Assembly (NCBI GenBank): GCA_048938025.1
Contig: JBHLMP010000002.1
Span: forward strand, 62,088-126,087
Reading direction: 5' to 3'
Source of the DNA: Promethearchaeota archaeon
Lineage (GTDB): Archaea; Asgardarchaeota; Lokiarchaeia; Sigyniarchaeales; SOKP01
DNA: 64,000 nt
Shown here in pieces: positions 58,617-64,000 of this stretch (position 1 is its first letter; each line of letters begins with the position of its first letter). The notes below the pieces were generated by a model that was given only the letters and a program-made list of their open reading frames with translations, was not told the DNA's origin and made no database searches. The translations under genes were made by a program, and so were the position numbers.

Positions 58617-59753
58617 ATGACAAAAGCAGTTATTATATCAGGTGGATGGGGAACACGATTAAGGCCTTTAACTTGTACTATTCCTAAATCTCTGATTCCA
58701 GTTGTCAATAAACCGGTGATAGAACGTCAAATACTTTTATTAAAAACTGCTGGTGTCAGAGAAGTTGTTTTAGCAGTAAGCGTAATGGCTGATGCCCTAA
58801 GAAGTTATTTTCATGACGGGATGAAATGGAATATAAAAATTCACTATACAGATGAAAGGCATCCAATGGGAACAGCAGGAGCAATAAAACTGGCTGAGGA
58901 TTTCCTTAAAGATGATAATTTTTTTATGTTAAATGGTGATGTCATATTAAATTATGATTTTAGCGAAATGCTAAAGTCACATGAAAAATATAATGGAATA
59001 GGAACAATTGCGAGTAAGATTGTCGAAGATCCGTCAAGATATGGTGTTTTGATTATTGATAAGGATTCTAATAAAATAATTAAATTCCTTGAAAAGGATG
59101 AGTACACTCCTTCTGATGGTAAATACGTTCCTATGCCTATTAATGCAGGGGTATATATTTTAGAACCTGAAATCTTTACTTATATTGAACCTAATAAAAA
59201 GGTTTCAATTGAAAGAGAGGTATTTCCTGTAGTTGTAGACAAAGAAAAGCTCTATCATTATCCTATTAGTGGAATTTGGAAAGATATTGGTAACCCTTCT
59301 GAATTATTAGAAGGAAATCTTCTTTTAATGAATGATCTTCTAAAAAATTTAAAAGAGAAAAGAAAGAATTTAATTGATGAGTCCATTAAAGTTGAAGGAA
59401 AAGTAGAAATAATTCCTCCATGTACTATAGGAGAAAATGTTGTATTTAGAAATAATTGTAAAATTGGTCCCAATGTAATAATAGGAGATAATGTGTATAT
59501 TGATGATAACTCGGAAATCGAAGAAGCTTTAATTTACAATGAAACATATATCTCAAAGAATGTGAAAATTGTAAGATCTATTATTTCAGATAATTGTAAT
59601 ATAGAAGAAAATGTGGAAATTAAAGGAGATGAAAATAATTTAGTAATACTTGCTTCTTTTGTGGAAGTCTTAAAAAATATTAAGTTAATTTCTCAAAAAG
59701 ATTATCCCATTACTGTATGTCATCATGAAATAGTGAAAGAGAGTATTATCTAA
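58617..59753 (+). CDS. Sugar-phosphate nucleotidyltransferase (mannose-1-P guanylyltransferase-like) with left-handed beta-helix
   Basis: GGWGTRLRPLT..PK, GTAGA, NGD, EK, INAGVY, WKDIG, hexapeptide repeats. Confidence 0.9.
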   Translation: MTKAVIISGGWGTRLRPLTCTIPKSLIPVVNKPVIERQILLLKTAGVREVVLAVSVMADALRSYFHDGMKWNIKIHYTDERHPMGTAGAIKLAEDFLKDDNFFMLNGDVILNYDFSEMLKSHEKYNGIGTIASKIVEDPSRYGVLIIDKDSNKIIKFLEKDEYTPSDGKYVPMPINAGVYILEPEIFTYIEPNKKVSIEREVFPVVVDKEKLYHYPISGIWKDIGNPSELLEGNLLLMNDLLKNLKEKRKNLIDESIKVEGKVEIIPPCTIGENVVFRNNCKIGPNVIIGDNVYIDDNSEIEEALIYNETYISKNVKIVRSIISDNCNIEENVEIKGDENNLVILASFVEVLKNIKLISQKDYPITVCHHEIVKESII

Positions 59754-59860
59754 TTAAAGTTTTAAGTTTATCTTAATTAAAACTAAATTTATAAATTTAA
59801 AAGAATTAAGTGCTAATGTCATTTATTAATTTTTAAAAAAATTCTATAAATGGAGTTAAG

Positions 59861-61342
59861 TTGCCAGATTTTCGAATAAATGATGATTGGATATTAAATC
59901 GAATCTCCTCTCAAAGTAATAGTTTTAGTCAATGGTTTAGTAACCTAATGAAAGGGGTAGAAAAATCCTTAGAAAATGTTCCTCCAGAATATCTAGGAGA
60001 AGGTAAAAAAGAAGAAATCTTTGAATCACTAAAAGAAGCAGATAAGGAATTAACTGCAGCGCAAGAAGAATTAGCAAAATTAGGATTTTTAGGAAAAAAG
60101 CTTTCAAATTTTACTATGAAAATGATTAGTGGGGCACAAAAACCAATTGAAAAACAAATTAAAAAATCTATTAAAGGTAATGAGGGCTTAGATTTTGGTT
60201 TTGACTTAGACTTTTTAACTGGTAAGAGAAAAGATCTATCATCCGCACTTTACGACGTATCTAAAGAACGAGGTATTGAAATTGAAGGTCTTTTATATCT
60301 CATACGTGCCTTACCAGATCTTGAGGCCTTTCTTTACAGTACAAGCGTAAAAAAATACTATCGAGATCATACAGAGCATGCTCTTCGTGTAGCAGTATTA
60401 GGTGATTTTCTTTTAGAACAAGATTTTGGACAAGGCTCACTAGAAGGATTAATTTCTGAATTAATTGAACTTGACAAGAAACTATTTAAAGATAAATTTT
60501 GGTGGGTTGTTGGACTACTTCATGATATTGGGTATCCATTGGGAAGAATGACCACCGCAGTTAATTATTCTCTTGTAAATCAGTTATTAAAATGCTATCC
60601 AACTTTAGATTTAGAATTTATTCCTTTTGAAATTAATTTGGCTTGGAAGGGACACCAAGAAGAATATTTAAATATAATTGAAGAAGGACTCTCAAAAGAA
60701 GCACGTGCTTTAATAAGAAAAGGAGCAGGATATTATCATAAAGAAATAGCTACTCAAGATTTACAAACTTTCTTAAAACAACCACGTGGACATCCTGAAT
60801 TTGAATTTAAAAGCTCTATAGAATTAGATCATGGGGTTATTTCTGCACTTTCCCTCCTAAAAGGACTTGGAACTCCCGATGAAATTAAATCTAATGATGA
60901 ATATGATGGCTATGTCAAAGCCTCGAGAGCAGTAGCATTACATAATTTTAAAACTACATTAAAAGATTATGTTTTTGATAAACAACCTTTAGCATTTTTT
61001 TTAATGTTAATTGATGATTTACAGGAATGGGGAAGACCTATTCCTATTCAGGTAAAAGATACATATTTTACTACAGAATTGAAAAAAGTAACTTTATTAG
61101 ATGAACTTTTATTCAATTTAGATGAAGTTTCATGGATGATGCAGTTTAAAAATCAAGAAGCCAAAAACTTGATGGATTTTAATTTCAAGTTATTTTCAAA
61201 TGAGAAGAAAAAAACATTTGGTAGGTTGAACTGTGGAGAGTATTTTCCAAAAACAACTATTAACCTTCAGGATATCAAAATTTCTGGGGCAAAAGATAAA
61301 AAGAAAGAAGATATTATTGCACAAGATATTATCATTATCTGA
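59861..61342 (+). CDS. HD-domain metal-dependent phosphohydrolase
   Basis: YRDHTEHALRV, LLHDIGYP, DHGVISA, ALHN, DDLQEWGR. Confidence 0.8.
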   Translation: MPDFRINDDWILNRISSQSNSFSQWFSNLMKGVEKSLENVPPEYLGEGKKEEIFESLKEADKELTAAQEELAKLGFLGKKLSNFTMKMISGAQKPIEKQIKKSIKGNEGLDFGFDLDFLTGKRKDLSSALYDVSKERGIEIEGLLYLIRALPDLEAFLYSTSVKKYYRDHTEHALRVAVLGDFLLEQDFGQGSLEGLISELIELDKKLFKDKFWWVVGLLHDIGYPLGRMTTAVNYSLVNQLLKCYPTLDLEFIPFEINLAWKGHQEEYLNIIEEGLSKEARALIRKGAGYYHKEIATQDLQTFLKQPRGHPEFEFKSSIELDHGVISALSLLKGLGTPDEIKSNDEYDGYVKASRAVALHNFKTTLKDYVFDKQPLAFFLMLIDDLQEWGRPIPIQVKDTYFTTELKKVTLLDELLFNLDEVSWMMQFKNQEAKNLMDFNFKLFSNEKKKTFGRLNCGEYFPKTTINLQDIKISGAKDKKKEDIIAQDIIII

Positions 61343-61356
61343 TTTGGTTTTTTGTT

Positions 61357-61635
61357 ATGGAATATTTAAAAGAAAATGGTCTAAAAATTTATAATGCGAT
61401 TTTTGAAGGAAAAAAGGATGTAGAGATAGATGATGTTGAATACCCTATCAAAAAATTTTCAAGTGGGATTAAATATGTAGATTTATTTGGATATCGATTT
61501 ATTGAGCAGAACCGCCAAAAAAAATCTGAATGGGGTAAGAAAGCTCGAGAAGGGCATAAGATTATGTGGATTATTAAAGGACGCAGATATGCGGCAAGAA
61601 TAATGGACGGAGAATACATAGATTTAAAAAAATAA
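61357..61635 (+). CDS. Hypothetical protein
   Basis: 92-aa ORF starting 14 nt after the HD gene on the same strand. Confidence 0.65.
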   Translation: MEYLKENGLKIYNAIFEGKKDVEIDDVEYPIKKFSSGIKYVDLFGYRFIEQNRQKKSEWGKKAREGHKIMWIIKGRRYAARIMDGEYIDLKK

Positions 61636-61778
61636 CTCGATTTCAAACTAGTCTTTTTAGCTTTTATTCTTAAAAGTTTTTATCTACAAAAATTGGGCTC
61701 CATTTTATTTTTATTTTCATATTTTCATTTACTAATTAGTGATAAATAGAATGGAATTAAAACTATAAGTGAGATGCC

Positions 61779-61967
61779 ATGGAAGCTAAAGTGAAAATAG
61801 ATACAACTTATTATGAATTCTTAAATTTTATTCAAGAGGTATCTAAAAATTCCACTTCTATTCAAAGAAGTCTAATAAAAAGAATATATGAAAATTATGA
61901 TATTCATAAAGTAAAGAATGATTTAGATAGGAAAATAGCTAAAATTGACAGATTACTAATAAAATGA
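61779..61967 (+). CDS. Small hypothetical protein
   Basis: 62-aa helical-looking ORF with ATG and an upstream GTGAGA. Confidence 0.5.
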   Translation: MEAKVKIDTTYYEFLNFIQEVSKNSTSIQRSLIKRIYENYDIHKVKNDLDRKIAKIDRLLIK

Positions 61968-62038
61968 GGTCTTATTTCAAGTTTATAAATTTTCCATTTC
62001 CTGATTGAGTATATTATTTTTAATATACTCAATTAATC

Positions 62039-62641
62039 TTATACCTTCCCTTTAAACTTATCAGCAATCAGTTCTAGATATGATTTCCTTATAGATTCTT
62101 CTTTTTTAATTCCAAACAAACTTAAGAAATCAAAAAGAACTTCGCGGTAAATATCTAAATTTTCTATTGAATCAGAAATAATTTCAACTTCTATAAAGTG
62201 CTGTTTTAAAATAGGTAAGTAATCAACTAAAGCCTTAATATTATAATTCTTGAATTTAAAATCATATGATTCTCTTTCTTTTTTTACAGTAAAGATCTCT
62301 TGAAATCCCAATGCATTCAATAAATCTTTCGTTTTATCAAGATCTTCAATTTTTATTTCTATTTCTTCGCGAGATTTTGTAGTAGTATCAACTTTTTTCC
62401 CTTTATAAGTAAAGAAATATGCTATATTTTCAACAATTTCCTTATTAACTTTATTGAATTCAATAGATTTCCTTAGTCTTAATGCTTCATCAGTTTTTTT
62501 GAAGTCTCTTAACCCTCTTGGCAAATTAAAGTAAGTATCCTCATGAAGTAATGATATTTTATAGACTCCATTGTTTTCTTCGAATTGCTTTCTTATCAGA
62601 TTAGGATCTGAGATCTTAACTTTAATTTCTACTTCGAGCAT
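62039..62641 (-). CDS. cyaB: CYTH domain protein (class IV adenylate cyclase-like)
   Basis: EVEIK, D.YF, EALRLR, TYKG.K, REE.E, K.RE, F.EVE, SYLEL. ATG at 62641. Confidence 0.9.
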   Translation of the reverse strand: MLEVEIKVKISDPNLIRKQFEENNGVYKISLLHEDTYFNLPRGLRDFKKTDEALRLRKSIEFNKVNKEIVENIAYFFTYKGKKVDTTTKSREEIEIKIEDLDKTKDLLNALGFQEIFTVKKERESYDFKFKNYNIKALVDYLPILKQHFIEVEIISDSIENLDIYREVLFDFLSLFGIKKEESIRKSYLELIADKFKGKV

Positions 62642-62727
62642 CGAATAGGCTCTTTTATTTATTAATAACAAATATAATTAATTATTTTATATTAAGTATT
62701 AATAGTTGTTGATTGAGTTGATAACGT

Positions 62728-63693
62728 ATTAATCCTGAACAAGACCAAGTTTTAAATCTGGCTAAAGAATATGGTTATTTACCATATATGTTAGAAAGAT
62801 ATATTGATTTTCTTGGATTGGATGATACACTAAAACTTTTAGAAGCAAATGAAAAGTCTTTAACTCCTTCTATTAGAGTTAATACCTTAAAAATACAACC
62901 CGAAGTGTTAAGAAATAGATTAGAAAATAAGGGATTTGAACTTCAAAATATTGAATGGATTTCTTATGGATTCAAAGTATTGAAAGAAACACATAATTTA
63001 GGCTCTCTCCATGAATATCTGCAAGGTTATTTCTATATACAAAATGTTGCTTCCATGCTTCCTGCCTTCATTCTTGATCCTAAACCTGATGAAACTATAA
63101 TAGATATGTGTGCTGCTCCAGGAGGAAAGGCAACTCATATGGCTCAAATAATGAATAATAGAGGAAGTTTGGTTTTAATTGAGAGAAATAGTAAAAGAAT
63201 TCCTGCCCTAGAGATTAATTTGCGAAGAATGGGAATTCTAAATTCAATAGTATTAAATCTTGATGCAATAAAACTTGATAAGCTGAACATTAACGCTGAT
63301 AAAATTTTATTAGATGCACCATGTACTGGAGAAGGTTTAATTAGACAAGATAAAAGTAGAAAAAAAAGTAAAACTATAAAGGATATTGAGAAATTAGCAA
63401 TTATTCAAAAAAGATTGTTAAAATCAGGTTTGAAAGTATTGAAATCTGGAGGAACTTTATTATATAGTACTTGTTCGATTGCCCCAGAGGAGAATGAATA
63501 TGTTATAAATGATGTGCTACAAGATAGTACAGAATATGATCTAATAAAATTTAAGACACAATTTGGTATTGATGGATTTACTCAAGTGCTTGGTAAAATT
63601 TTGAGAAAGGATTTAAAATTTTCTCAAAGAATCTATCCACACATACATGATACTATTGGTTTTTTTATGTGTTTAATTAAAAAAGTCGCTTAA
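62728..63693 (+). CDS. RsmB/NOP2 family RNA m5C methyltransferase
   Basis: IRVNTLK, DMCAAPGGK, LLDAPCTG, YSTCS..PEENE, GFF. The frame extends upstream of ATG 62788 (LAKEYGYLPYM) to an ATT at 62728. Confidence 0.92.
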   Translation: MNPEQDQVLNLAKEYGYLPYMLERYIDFLGLDDTLKLLEANEKSLTPSIRVNTLKIQPEVLRNRLENKGFELQNIEWISYGFKVLKETHNLGSLHEYLQGYFYIQNVASMLPAFILDPKPDETIIDMCAAPGGKATHMAQIMNNRGSLVLIERNSKRIPALEINLRRMGILNSIVLNLDAIKLDKLNINADKILLDAPCTGEGLIRQDKSRKKSKTIKDIEKLAIIQKRLLKSGLKVLKSGGTLLYSTCSIAPEENEYVINDVLQDSTEYDLIKFKTQFGIDGFTQVLGKILRKDLKFSQRIYPHIHDTIGFFMCLIKKVA

Positions 63694-63926
63694 AATAATG
63701 ATTTTAATCTTTAACCTAAATTTTGCTCAAATTAATATCTTTTTTTCTTCTGTAAAAAATTGGTCTTTATGATTTTATATAGGAGCGCCAATAGTTTTTA
63801 TAATGATATCCATAATATCGAACTTTTCTAAGTGATTAGTTTTTGAGAGCAATTCTTTTATACAAAAAAGTCTTAATTATTATTTCTATTAAATACTTGA
63901 CAATATATAATCTTTAGGCGAGATTT

Positions 63927-63990
63927 AACAACAATAACAACCCAAAAAAAAAAAAAAAAAAACAACAACAAAAAAAAAAAATAATAATTT
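63927..63990. repeat. Low-complexity poly-A/(AAC)n tract
   Basis: Long A runs interspersed with AAC units near the window end. Possibly a sequencing or assembly artefact. Confidence 0.6.
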
Positions 63991-64000
63991 AATATATTTT

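Noticed and set aside
4785-61646. Numerous 60-137 aa ORFs nested in or antisense to long genes (e.g. 7146, 10626, 17217, 22901, 32469, 36440, 42840, 50378, 61389)
   Set aside because: These are shadow ORFs of well-supported genes, with no motifs.
63700-64000. Decayed minus-strand frame and poly-A/AAC tract as a mobile element end or tandem array
   Set aside because: No transposase motif, terminal repeat or regular period. It is probably low-quality sequence.
1-64000. CRISPR arrays, tRNA/rRNA genes, SECIS elements
   Set aside because: No regularly spaced repeats, cloverleaf-like GC-rich segments or Sec-type in-frame TGA genes were seen by eye.

Overview
AT-rich (roughly 30% GC by eye), gene-dense archaeal DNA, most likely an Asgard archaeon of the Lokiarchaeia type. 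This assignment is an inference from a Rab-like GTPase next to a TPR-longin-like protein, a V4R/Bet3-fold protein, a Loki-CTERM-like sorting tail, an archaeal SRP RNA and an HdrA-MvhD fusion. The window holds about 50 housekeeping and catabolic genes: peptidases, two 2-oxoacid:ferredoxin oxidoreductase operons, ADP-forming acyl-CoA synthetase, UroD/MtaA-family methyltransferases, Ldh_2 dehydrogenases, glucan phosphorylase and RNA-modifying enzymes. It also holds an SRP RNA gene (about 39108-39413, minus strand). No CRISPR array, tRNA, rRNA or recognisable IS element was seen. The most striking locus is the pyruvate-type oxidoreductase operon at 9466-12818. (i) The fused gamma-delta gene is interrupted inside its conserved RGGQG motif by a 29-nt frame-breaking hairpin. 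Cutting it out at a relaxed bulge-helix-bulge geometry restores the frame and the motif exactly, making it a candidate archaeal mRNA intron. (ii) The beta subunit is circularly permuted, with the break inside the TPP-binding GDG...DN motif. Other points of interest are a korDAB operon running directly into hdrA-mvhD, a GTPase/TPR-longin pair, three likely non-canonical start codons, and several paralog remnants in apparently intergenic DNA. All family assignments come from motif recognition by eye, not database searches.
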